Shown here: piece by piece, positions 17,457 through 25,681 of the stretch
How the letters are laid out: each line of letters starts with the position of its first letter
Position numbering within the stretch: position 1 is the first letter of the stretch
Source: Candidatus Saccharimonadota bacterium
Lineage (GTDB): Archaea > Micrarchaeota > Micrarchaeia > Micrarchaeales > Micrarchaeaceae
Assembly: GCF_002214165.1 (NCBI RefSeq)
Contig: NZ_CP019964.1
Span: forward strand, 210,001-242,000
Direction of reading: 5' to 3'
DNA length: 32,000 nucleotides
The notes under the pieces: model-generated
What the model saw: the letters and a program-made list of their open reading frames with translations, nothing else
Told to the model about the DNA's origin: nothing
The model's database searches: none
Made by a program: the position numbers and the translations under genes

Positions 17457-19232
17457 ATGCTGTTCAAAACGTTGTCAGATTATTACGAAAAACTTTCAAA
17501 AACACAATCTAGGATAGAGATGGTAAATATACTATCAGAAATGTTCAAGCAAGCTGCAAAAGGGGAAATATCAAAGCTAATATATATGACACAGGGGCAG
17601 CTAGCACCAAATTTTATTGGCATTGAATTCGGTGTAGCTGACAAGATAATGGAAGAAGCCATAATGATAGCTACTGGGTATAATAAAGAGGAAGTAGAAT
17701 CAGAATACCACAAGCAAGGGGATTTGGGTGAAGCCACAGAAAATCTCATAAAATCCTCAAAGCTTGCTAGAATGTCAAGCAAGAAATATGATGTTTCTGA
17801 TGTATATGGATCAATGTACAAAATCGCAACGATATCAGGAAAAGGCAGCAAAGAGATCAAAATAAGGATGTTGGCTGAACTGATAGCAGCTTCTGATCCT
17901 ATTGAAGCCAAATACATTGTAAAATATCCACTGAATTCGCTGAGGTTAGGAGTAGGAGATGAAACCATACTGGAAGCATTGTCCTTGATGTCAACTTCTG
18001 AACGATCTAACAAATCGATATTGGATCGCTCTTACAATATATGCAGTGATCTTGGAGAGATAGGAGAGATTGTGTTGGAAGGAGGTATAGAAGCCGCAAA
18101 AAACATGAAAGTTTCCTTATTCAAGCCCATAAGGCCGGCTCTTGCAGAAAGGTTACCAACCGCAAGTGAAATATTAAACAAGATGGGAGGAAAATGCGCA
18201 GTAGAGCAGAAATATGATGGATTTAGATGCCAGGTCCATAAAGATGGGAATAAAGTAAAACTATATTCGCGGAGGCTGGAGGAGACAACATCCATGATGC
18301 CGGATATAGTAAAAGCAGTGCAGGATAGCATAAAAGCAGAAAAAGTCATATTTGAGGGAGAAGCACTTGCATATAATGAATCCACTGAGGAATTCCTACC
18401 TTTCCAGGAAACTATACAGAGGAAGCGTAAGTATGGCATCAATGAGAAAATAAAAGAACTACCTCTTCACCTTATGGCATTTGATATAATGTACCTGGAA
18501 GGGGAGGACCTATTGAACAAACCATATGAAACCCGTAGAGAGCTTTTAGAGAAAGCTATAACGGGATCCGATGTCATATCCCCATCCACTCGCATAATTA
18601 CAGACTCCCCAAAAGAATTTGAAGAGTTCTTTGAAAACTCGGTTGAGAATGGCCTTGAAGGGATAGTGGCTAAGGACCTAAGGTCACATTATATAGCAGG
18701 TGCGAGAAAGTTCTCATGGATCAAGATGAAAAGGAGTTACAGAGGAGAGCTTTCAGATACTTTGGATTTAGTGATAATAGGCTACTACAGAGGTAAAGGA
18801 TCAAGAGCAGAACTTCAATTTGGGGGACTTCTCTGTGCAGTCTATAACAAAAAACGAGATATGTTTGAGACTATAACTAAACTTGGCACCGGGTTCACTG
18901 AGGATCAAATGAGGAAATTGCAGGAGCTTCTAACAAAGATAAAAGTAGATTCAAAGCCTGCCCGTGTTGATTCATTGATAGAACCTGATTTTTGGGTTTA
19001 CCCAAAATATGTTGTAACAGTGAAAGCGGATGAAATAACGGAATCGCCAATGCACACCTGTGGAAGATCCATGCAGCCCGATGGAACAGAGGCAGGGTAT
19101 GCTTTAAGATTTCCTAGATTGGTTGGAGAAGAAGCTATACGGGCAGATAAAAGCCCAGAAGATGCAACAGATACCTCAGAGGTTATAGAGATGTTTTCAC
19201 AGCAGAAGAAAGTAAGCTTGTCAAATAAATAA
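17457..19232 (+). CDS. lig: ATP-dependent DNA ligase (Lig1 family)
   Basis: Motif I is EQKYDGFR (KxDG adenylation lysine). Also present are FEGEAL, LEGIVAKD and FSWIKMK. The length is 591 aa. Confidence 0.93.
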   Translation: MLFKTLSDYYEKLSKTQSRIEMVNILSEMFKQAAKGEISKLIYMTQGQLAPNFIGIEFGVADKIMEEAIMIATGYNKEEVESEYHKQGDLGEATENLIKSSKLARMSSKKYDVSDVYGSMYKIATISGKGSKEIKIRMLAELIAASDPIEAKYIVKYPLNSLRLGVGDETILEALSLMSTSERSNKSILDRSYNICSDLGEIGEIVLEGGIEAAKNMKVSLFKPIRPALAERLPTASEILNKMGGKCAVEQKYDGFRCQVHKDGNKVKLYSRRLEETTSMMPDIVKAVQDSIKAEKVIFEGEALAYNESTEEFLPFQETIQRKRKYGINEKIKELPLHLMAFDIMYLEGEDLLNKPYETRRELLEKAITGSDVISPSTRIITDSPKEFEEFFENSVENGLEGIVAKDLRSHYIAGARKFSWIKMKRSYRGELSDTLDLVIIGYYRGKGSRAELQFGGLLCAVYNKKRDMFETITKLGTGFTEDQMRKLQELLTKIKVDSKPARVDSLIEPDFWVYPKYVVTVKADEITESPMHTCGRSMQPDGTEAGYALRFPRLVGEEAIRADKSPEDATDTSEVIEMFSQQKKVSLSNK

Positions 19233-19304
19233 TCTCCTACCTCTTGCGGGATGAATAAAATTGGAGGACACCTTGTAATCAAATGTATTATTAATTTTGC
19301 AAGT

Positions 19305-19319
19305 AAAAAAAAACAAAAA
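19305..19319 (-). terminator. Oligo-T tract (T5-G-T9 on the minus strand) downstream of the winged-helix gene
   Basis: The plus strand reads A9-C-A5 at 19305-19319, which is 20-35 nt past the minus-strand stop codon at 19339-19341. Confidence 0.45.
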
Positions 19320-19338
19320 TTTTAACGCTATAAGCTAG

Positions 19339-19659
19339 CTACCTTCCACTATCTATCGTTTTGGAGAACTTCTGTACGCTTCTTATTATATTTTTAACCT
19401 TGGGGTTTAGCTTATAACCCAAACCATAACCGTTGGCAGTCCTAATATGCGTAGGCTGTATAACATTTAAGTCCAATGAAAGCTCTCTTAATGTTATTAT
19501 TAGCGTCTTCCTTGTAAACTTCTTTTCAAGAACAGAATAAAGCTCCTTAGTAGTCCTCGGTGATTTTTGCAACAAAAGCTCCATAACCGCATAATTAGGC
19601 CTACTCAAAACCTTTCTCAATGCCCAAATATTATCCTGATTCTTATCAATTTTTGCCAT
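19339..19659 (-). CDS. Small winged-helix-turn-helix DNA-binding protein (ArsR/MarR-like pattern), divergent from the pilus operon
   Basis: A 106-aa protein. The segment AVMELLLQKSPRTTKELYSVLEKKFTRKTLIITLRELS looks like H2-turn-H3 of a wHTH, followed by a Gly-containing wing (TANGYGLGYKL). A TTTTAAAT TATA-like box lies about 30 nt upstream of its ATG. Confidence 0.6.
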   Translation of the reverse strand: MAKIDKNQDNIWALRKVLSRPNYAVMELLLQKSPRTTKELYSVLEKKFTRKTLIITLRELSLDLNVIQPTHIRTANGYGLGYKLNPKVKNIIRSVQKFSKTIDSGR

Positions 19660-19755
19660 AAAATTATATTGTAGATAAAGATTTAAAAGTGTTATTATTT
19701 ATACTAACCACTATTTTGATAGCCAAATAGGTACTAAAATACTAGTTTCTTGCGG

Positions 19756-19767
19756 CTCTTATAAGAG
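19756..19767. promoter_or_regulatory. Perfect 12-bp palindrome CTCTTATAAGAG in the divergent intergenic region
   Basis: Read directly from the sequence. It is self-complementary over all 12 positions and lies between the wHTH gene and the pilus ATPase gene. Confidence 0.4.
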
Positions 19768-19790
19768 AAAACTCCAATAAATACGTATAC

Positions 19791-19814
19791 TAAAGTATAT
19801 AAATATATACTTTA
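19791..19814. promoter_or_regulatory. Perfect 11-bp inverted repeat with 2-nt spacer (TAAAGTATATA-AA-TATATACTTTA) overlapping the presumed TATA/TSS region of the pilus operon
   Basis: Read directly from the sequence. It lies 27-50 nt upstream of ATG 19841. A GGTG Shine-Dalgarno-like element is at 19830-19833. Confidence 0.5.
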
Positions 19815-19840
19815 ATATAATAATTAAAAGGTGTAAGATT

Positions 19841-21322
19841 ATGAGCTGGCCACTAATGTCAAAACTAAAGAGGTCATTAAACGAACAAGGATCTTATGAA
19901 ACCAATCTCAGCCCAATCCAACTAAACTTTTCAGTCTCAAATCTGCCTTTTGACAAGCAAGTAGAGAAACTTGGCAGATTTAAGGTTATAGGAAAGAAAA
20001 AGAACATTTACCTATATTTGTTGAATCCTGAGAACTATAAATTGGATGATTATAAAGCATCACAACTTAAACGATATGCTGTTGAGTACCTAGTAAATTC
20101 AGATATAAATTTAGAGTATTCGTCGGAATCGATTGAATACATATCAAGGTTCCTAATGGAAAGATATTCATCAGATCCTTTCCTATCTTATATAATAGCA
20201 CACGATACAGTAGGATATGGGCCAATAAGCATACTTCTTGAAAATTCAAAAGATATAGAAGAGATATTAGTAAACGGCCCTAAATCCAATATCTCTATTT
20301 ACCACGCAAAATATGGATACTGTGAAACAAACCTAAAATTTAATGGTGAAGATGAATTTAGGTTCACTATGAACAAGATACTTTCAGAAACCCTAAATGA
20401 GCTTAATGAGGATTCACCTGTGGTAGATGCACAGCTTAAAGATGGATCAAGGATACATGTTCAAATAAAGCCTTACTCAGAGAATGGCGCAACAGCATCT
20501 ATAAGATTAAATGGAAGCAAATCAATCGGGATAAGAAAGCTTCTCGAATCTGGAACAATAGTCAAGGAGGATATTGTATATTTATGGATGGGACTTGAAG
20601 TTGGCTGCAATATAATAATCTCAGGATCACCATCATCTGGAAAGACAACCCTATTAACTGCAATAAGTGCACTAATGCCAAGATATGAAAGGATAATTAC
20701 AATAGAGGAGGATGTCAATGAATTGAAATTCTATAGCAATTTTATAAATGCGGTAAATTTAAAAAGCAGATCAAAACAGGGACTTACATTAAAGGACCAG
20801 GTGATCAATTCTTTGCATTTAAGGCCCGACCGCCTAATCATAGGGGAAATAAGAGGTCCTGAAGCCCACGATATCTTTTTTGGTGCAAACACCGGAATCC
20901 CCTTTATAACAACAATGCATAGCGAGGCAGATGAAAATTCTCTTCTTGCAAGACTAGAATCAAGGCCAATGTCTGTAGAAAGCCATCTAATACAATCATT
21001 AGATATTGCGATTTTTATGGAACACAGATATGATAACACAAGAAAGCTTAGCAGATTGGTGGAGTACAATTGGTTATCAAAGGCAGAAACTATCGGCGAT
21101 AAGGAATTGCCTATGGTAAAATTAAATGCCATGGTTAATAATACTATTTTTGACATGCATTTATTGAATGAGTCAAAGGTCATAAAGAGATATGCAACAT
21201 TGCATGGAATGAGCAATGATGAAGCAGTAAATGAGTTTATGCGCAGATCTAAATTTTTAGAAGCGATTCCAAGAGACACGGAATTTAGCAGTTATATAGA
21301 AAGATATTGGGAGATAAAATGA
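19841..21322 (+). CDS. Type IV filament assembly ATPase (GspE/VirB11/TadA/FlaI superfamily)
   Basis: It has Walker A GSPSSGKTT, the Asp/Walker B region RPDRLIIGEIRG, the His box ITTMHS, and an N-terminal domain of the usual size. Confidence 0.9.
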   Translation: MSWPLMSKLKRSLNEQGSYETNLSPIQLNFSVSNLPFDKQVEKLGRFKVIGKKKNIYLYLLNPENYKLDDYKASQLKRYAVEYLVNSDINLEYSSESIEYISRFLMERYSSDPFLSYIIAHDTVGYGPISILLENSKDIEEILVNGPKSNISIYHAKYGYCETNLKFNGEDEFRFTMNKILSETLNELNEDSPVVDAQLKDGSRIHVQIKPYSENGATASIRLNGSKSIGIRKLLESGTIVKEDIVYLWMGLEVGCNIIISGSPSSGKTTLLTAISALMPRYERIITIEEDVNELKFYSNFINAVNLKSRSKQGLTLKDQVINSLHLRPDRLIIGEIRGPEAHDIFFGANTGIPFITTMHSEADENSLLARLESRPMSVESHLIQSLDIAIFMEHRYDNTRKLSRLVEYNWLSKAETIGDKELPMVKLNAMVNNTIFDMHLLNESKVIKRYATLHGMSNDEAVNEFMRRSKFLEAIPRDTEFSSYIERYWEIK

Positions 21323-22032
21323 AAGCTCTAAAATACCTGTATTTACAATATCCCTATATAAGCCTATTAACTATAGGAGGATTAATATTCTATTGGCTTT
21401 TTAACATATATTCAATCCTATTGATATTGCCATTTGGGATGACAATTCTATTTATAAAGTTTATAAATAAAAATTACCAGGATATGGAGAATTCCCACAA
21501 AATCCGAAGCAACTTTGTACAGAGCATAAATATGCTTTATTATGAAACCAAATTGAAACACCTTAGCTTGATAAATGGTATAAAAGAGACATCAATAAGT
21601 TCAAACAACAAAGAGGTTTGCTCATATTTTAAAAGTATATCTAGAAGGGTTACTTATGGAGAAAAGTTAATAGATGCATTAGATGATAAATGCCCCAATG
21701 AAATATACGACATGGTTAGCAGCATAAAAGGAAATATATCTAGTGGGATGGATTTTGGGAAAAGCTCCTATTCTGTATACAAATCCGAAATTAATAAAGA
21801 AAATGATCTTTCAGAATACAAAGCATACTCAGCCCAAAAATATTCCACACTTGGAATATTAGCATCTATCGTAATGCCCTCTTTCATAATGTTTGGGGTA
21901 ATCGGATACTCAATCATAAATTCATTCCTTAAAATATTTTGGGCATTCAGCATTGTGCTAACATGCATTATACCACCAGTTTATCTTATTATAAAATTGA
22001 AAATGAAGAGCGTAGATTTCAATGAAGTATAA
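21319..22032 (+). CDS. Half-size platform membrane protein (T2SS-F / TadB-like)
   Basis: It has N-terminal TM helices, a soluble helical middle (....GEKLIDALDD.....) and C-terminal TM helices. ATG 21319 forms an ATGA overlap with the ATPase stop; the ORF-track alternative start is TTG 21307. Confidence 0.7.
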   Translation: MKALKYLYLQYPYISLLTIGGLIFYWLFNIYSILLILPFGMTILFIKFINKNYQDMENSHKIRSNFVQSINMLYYETKLKHLSLINGIKETSISSNNKEVCSYFKSISRRVTYGEKLIDALDDKCPNEIYDMVSSIKGNISSGMDFGKSSYSVYKSEINKENDLSEYKAYSAQKYSTLGILASIVMPSFIMFGVIGYSIINSFLKIFWAFSIVLTCIIPPVYLIIKLKMKSVDFNEV

Positions 22033-22771
22033 ATTTTACACAATGCTTTCTGCATTAAACTCAATTTCGATTGTACTTAATTATAGATATCTGTATATTT
22101 CAGCACCTATATTATTAGCAAATATCTTAGTACTTGCAAAGCCTCGCTTAGGGAATAGAAATTTAAAACAGCAATCTGAAGAATTCTTAATAAACCTTGC
22201 ATCACAGCAAAATTCCAATGACAAGCAAATACTAAATAAAGTATTAAAGTCAATAAATAAAGAATTTAAGTTTGGGAAAGATATAACAAGGGCATTAAGA
22301 TATTATCATTTTTCAGGATCCTTGGAATATCTGAGCAATTTAAAATATAACGAGTCCAAACTTTTGGAAAGGATAAAAGAGATTATAGTTTACTCAATAC
22401 ATTCTGGTACTGATATATACAAGCCAATTCTAACGCTAAAATCCGAGTACTATAAAAGTGATGTAATAAGCAGGAGATCAAGAGCATTAGTCAAGAGTTC
22501 CGAAGCAATTATGATAATGGGTAACTTAGTCTTTATACCAATGTTTGCAGGCATATCCGCCAATATACTGAAATTTACTTCAACTATTTCCTCCGGAGCA
22601 ATTTTGGAATTCTTGACAATAATAATATTTTATCTCCTTATGGTGAATTGGATAAATGCGGAGTATTCTAATAAAAGAGATTACCCTGTACTATATTTAT
22701 CTATTTTTTATACTGCTGTGGCATCATTCGCCTTGTTCTCAACTTACAACGTTGCATCAAGGATGTTATAG
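22022..22771 (+). CDS. Second half-size platform membrane protein (T2SS-F / TadC-like)
   Basis: It has the same TM-soluble-TM layout as the preceding gene and overlaps it by 11 nt. Confidence 0.7.
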   Translation: MKYKFYTMLSALNSISIVLNYRYLYISAPILLANILVLAKPRLGNRNLKQQSEEFLINLASQQNSNDKQILNKVLKSINKEFKFGKDITRALRYYHFSGSLEYLSNLKYNESKLLERIKEIIVYSIHSGTDIYKPILTLKSEYYKSDVISRRSRALVKSSEAIMIMGNLVFIPMFAGISANILKFTSTISSGAILEFLTIIIFYLLMVNWINAEYSNKRDYPVLYLSIFYTAVASFALFSTYNVASRML

Positions 22772-22778
22772 TGATAAA

Positions 22779-23018
22779 ATGAAACAATACCTAAATAAAA
22801 TAAGAAAGAGATTTGAAATGGCCGGATCAAAGAAGGGACAGGGGTCTATAGAGTACCTGTTAATGCTGTCAGCGGTTAGCATAATAATAGTTATAGCGCT
22901 AGCAATGATAGTTCAACTTAAAGGTGATGCTATAGGAATTTTCTATAATTCATCGACCAACCAAAGCTTGGCTAATGAAATAGGCAGGGAGATAGCAAAT
23001 ATAAGTTCAAAGAGGTAA
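22779..23018 (+). CDS. Short type IV pilin with class III signal peptide (KKG-QGSIEYLL), candidate major pilin
   Basis: A basic leader ends in KKG, followed by Q-G-S-I-E (QxSxE) and a 20-residue hydrophobic helix. The mature product would be about 59 aa with three N-x-S/T sequons. The ORF-track start 22656 overlaps the upstream gene and is unlikely. ATG 22818 is also possible. Confidence 0.8.
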   Translation: MKQYLNKIRKRFEMAGSKKGQGSIEYLLMLSAVSIIIVIALAMIVQLKGDAIGIFYNSSTNQSLANEIGREIANISSKR

Positions 23019-23023
23019 GTTTA

Positions 23024-23398
23024 TTGGATAAGCACGCACAGATATCATTGGAATTCCTTATATACCTTGCAATATCCGCAATCTCTCTCTTGTTTATTCT
23101 ATCAATTTATATAGAAGGAACATCTGAGTTAAACTCAAGCGTAAATAACGCTTACCTAGGTTCATTTGTATCAGCAATAAATTCCAATATGAACTATTAT
23201 GAGAGCAACGTTCAGTTATATGTGCCAAAATCAATATGTAACTGCACATCTTCCAACGAATATCTGTCCTGTGCTTATGAAAAATTTAAGCTATATGGAA
23301 ATTTATCTATAACCAAAGAGATATGCTTGAACAGCGGATCAATTGAAACTATGGATCTCTACTATTCAAATGGCAAATATATGCTTTATAGTGATTGA
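23024..23398 (+). CDS. Prepilin-like protein (minor pilin/pseudopilin candidate)
   Basis: The N-terminus is MDKHA-QISLEFLIYLAISAISLLFIL, that is QxSxE plus a hydrophobic helix. It has a TTG start 5 nt after the pilin stop. Confidence 0.7.
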   Translation: MDKHAQISLEFLIYLAISAISLLFILSIYIEGTSELNSSVNNAYLGSFVSAINSNMNYYESNVQLYVPKSICNCTSSNEYLSCAYEKFKLYGNLSITKEICLNSGSIETMDLYYSNGKYMLYSD

Positions 23399-23599
23399 AT
23401 GAAAATGCAGGTTTCATTTGAGATAGTAATATCAATGGCAATAGGGATCCTATTCATCTCTTCGATAATGTACATGTACATGCAGGTAAATGCCAGGATT
23501 TCCGATTTTAAAAATTCCTTGAATATTAACTATTTGCAATCAGTTTTCAATTCTAGCTCTTGGTCTGATAAGTACCTAGTAATCAAAATGAGTAATTAA
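23399..23599 (+). CDS. Small prepilin-like protein (66 aa)
   Basis: The N-terminus is MKM-QVSFEIVISMAIGILFISSIM (QxSxE). The start codon abuts the previous stop (TGAATG). Confidence 0.65.
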   Translation: MKMQVSFEIVISMAIGILFISSIMYMYMQVNARISDFKNSLNINYLQSVFNSSSWSDKYLVIKMSN

Positions 23600-23645
23600 T
23601 AAAATAGGTTATGGGCCAGAAAGACAAAATTGGTAAAGGTGCATT

Positions 23646-23987
23646 ATGATGAATGGATTTATGATAGAGTCTGATATAATATTTGCCGTAATGATTTCAT
23701 CCGTGGCATTCATTTTATTTTATAGTTACACATTAGACTCTAACAATACACTTTATAATGAAGCGATTAAGTCATCAGATACACTTTACGTCAATATGGA
23801 AATACAGCATTTTGTTCATTTAGGGGATTCAGGAAATAGTGCTTTTAGCAATCTAGCCGTTCCATTCAATGCGTCAATTAAGCCATTTAACCCTTTTGAT
23901 TGCTCCGCAAATTGTAGTGCTAATTCAAATTCAATAAACAGATTAGTATACTTGAAAGGAAGCATATACGAGATATCGGTGAACTGA
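23646..23987 (+). CDS. Prepilin-like protein with a G-F type N-terminus
   Basis: The N-terminus is MMNG-FMIESDIIFAVMISSVAFILF. Gly then Phe, an early Glu and a hydrophobic helix recall bacterial G/F(M)xxxE prepilins. Confidence 0.55.
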   Translation: MMNGFMIESDIIFAVMISSVAFILFYSYTLDSNNTLYNEAIKSSDTLYVNMEIQHFVHLGDSGNSAFSNLAVPFNASIKPFNPFDCSANCSANSNSINRLVYLKGSIYEISVN

Positions 23988-25276
23988 TGAAAATACAGAC
24001 AACTATTGAATTTATCATAATATTGGCAGCAATATCATCATTAATTGTGGTTGCCCTTTCAGTATATAACGGAATCTCAAGCGATGCAAAAGAAACTTTC
24101 AATGCTGTATTAAGCTCTGCAGTAAATCAAAGTAATAGTGCACTTTATAACAACCAAAGTCAGACATTTGAAATATCCTATTACCTAAATAGTACCCTGC
24201 CATATAATATGTCCAGTTTAGGGTATATTGAAATATTATCCCAAGCCCCAATCAAAATTTTAAACGTGAGCTATACTACCAATGACGGATATATAGACCT
24301 GGATAAAGGTTTGAAAAATACAACTGTAAATGGATTTTCAATAGACGAGTTTTACTATATACCAAATAGAACAGGTTTATCAAAGATACAATTTAACTTC
24401 AAAATCAAGTATAAAAATAATACTGTTCATAAGAACATTTCTATTAACACCAGTGTTTACAACATATTGAAGTACTCTAAATCTGAATATACGGTTTCAA
24501 TAAATATAAATAATTCATCAGTAACTTATCCAATCGAAAACAAAAACAAAATATATAAATTCAATATAAAAACTCATTGCAGTGCAATGAATAACGGTGT
24601 TGAACTTCCAATAAATGAACAATGTGGGAATGCCAGTTACGACCTATTCATATTTTCCAATTACTGCTTTTATGATCAGAATGCAGAATCAAGAGTTATA
24701 TGCATTTATAAGGATTATAATAATCTGTCTTTGCTTAGCCTAAGCAATAATGAATCAAAACTATCATATAATGGTAAGTTCAAATTCAACGCTCCAAATA
24801 TAAGTATATACTCAAATTTCTCTAGTTCTAATTATAGAAGCTTAAACTTTGATTCATCCGGGTATCCAAGTGGTTATTACGGCAAATTGGAACTGGCAGG
24901 AGCACACGCAAGTAGTGATAACTATAGTAATCAACTATTATATCGCAATGGGAGTTTATGGAGAATAAACTCTTCTTCGGCCGAAGATTTTTATGTTCAG
25001 AAGGCAGAACTTAATTCGTTGCTTGCATTTTATAATGGTACTGGAGTAGATGGAAAGCAGTGGGAATATATATCAGAGAATATAAACGCATATAACGAAA
25101 GTATCCCAAAGAGTTCACAACCATTTGAGCAGGATAATTGCGGTTTAAGCTACCATCTAAACTACAAATGCAAGAACATACCGATAAAGTTCAGCAATAT
25201 AACAGCTGAAATAAAAAATTATAACATAGAGAACGAAACCGTAATTTACGGAAATTATACAATTAACTTAAGGTGA
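23987..25276 (+). CDS. Large (429 aa) prepilin-like protein, Asn-rich and sequon-dense; candidate tip or adhesin subunit
   Basis: The N-terminus is MKI-QTTIEFIIILAAISSLIVVAL (QxTxE). There is a 1-nt overlap (TGATG) with the previous gene. The rest is a long Asn/Ser/Tyr-rich ectodomain with several Cys. Confidence 0.7.
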   Translation: MKIQTTIEFIIILAAISSLIVVALSVYNGISSDAKETFNAVLSSAVNQSNSALYNNQSQTFEISYYLNSTLPYNMSSLGYIEILSQAPIKILNVSYTTNDGYIDLDKGLKNTTVNGFSIDEFYYIPNRTGLSKIQFNFKIKYKNNTVHKNISINTSVYNILKYSKSEYTVSININNSSVTYPIENKNKIYKFNIKTHCSAMNNGVELPINEQCGNASYDLFIFSNYCFYDQNAESRVICIYKDYNNLSLLSLSNNESKLSYNGKFKFNAPNISIYSNFSSSNYRSLNFDSSGYPSGYYGKLELAGAHASSDNYSNQLLYRNGSLWRINSSSAEDFYVQKAELNSLLAFYNGTGVDGKQWEYISENINAYNESIPKSSQPFEQDNCGLSYHLNYKCKNIPIKFSNITAEIKNYNIENETVIYGNYTINLR

Positions 25277-25681
25277 TTGATCTTGGTATATCTAAAATCA
25301 CAAATAGCAACGCTAGAAGCTGTGATCTCTGTTATCATACTGTCTTCATCAATATTAACCTTGTCATATTTAGGATATGCACAATCGACTCCAGAAGAAA
25401 TTCAATCAAAAATAAATTTTTACAACTTGGTGTATGACATGTCCAATATAATTTACAATTATAATAGCAATTGTATAGCAACTTGGAATTATAGTTGCAT
25501 GATTAATACCACGCGTGAGTTATCACGAGTATACCATATGCAATACCTAAAAATATCCTATAATAAAAACTCAACATCCTATGGGAATAAGGAAATTTGC
25601 CATGAACTAAATTATTACTGCTTATACTATAAAGGAAATGAATCATCGATATATGGAGATATATGTTTTCTGGGGTGTTAA
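25277..25681 (+). CDS. Prepilin-like or membrane-anchored protein (134 aa), degenerate motif
   Basis: The N-terminus is ...YLKS-QIATLEAVISVIILSSSILTL, with Gln then Glu displaced by one position. It has a TTG start directly after the previous stop. Confidence 0.5.
   Translation: MILVYLKSQIATLEAVISVIILSSSILTLSYLGYAQSTPEEIQSKINFYNLVYDMSNIIYNYNSNCIATWNYSCMINTTRELSRVYHMQYLKISYNKNSTSYGNKEICHELNYYCLYYKGNESSIYGDICFLGC

Noticed and set aside
17483-21279. Long antisense ORFs inside the ligase (17483-18013, 18032-18442, 18998-19282) and the pilus ATPase gene (20473-20718, 20731-21279).
   Set aside because: They lie opposite genes with clear catalytic motifs (KxDG ligase; Walker A/B ATPase). Their Ser/Leu/Ile-rich translations have no features of their own.
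22656-22778. The ORF-track start at 22656 for the pilin gene (120-aa version).
   Set aside because: The extension overlaps the 3' end of the TadC-like gene in another frame and would bury the class III signal 50 residues from the N-terminus. ATG 22779, just after the upstream stop, gives a normal basic leader.
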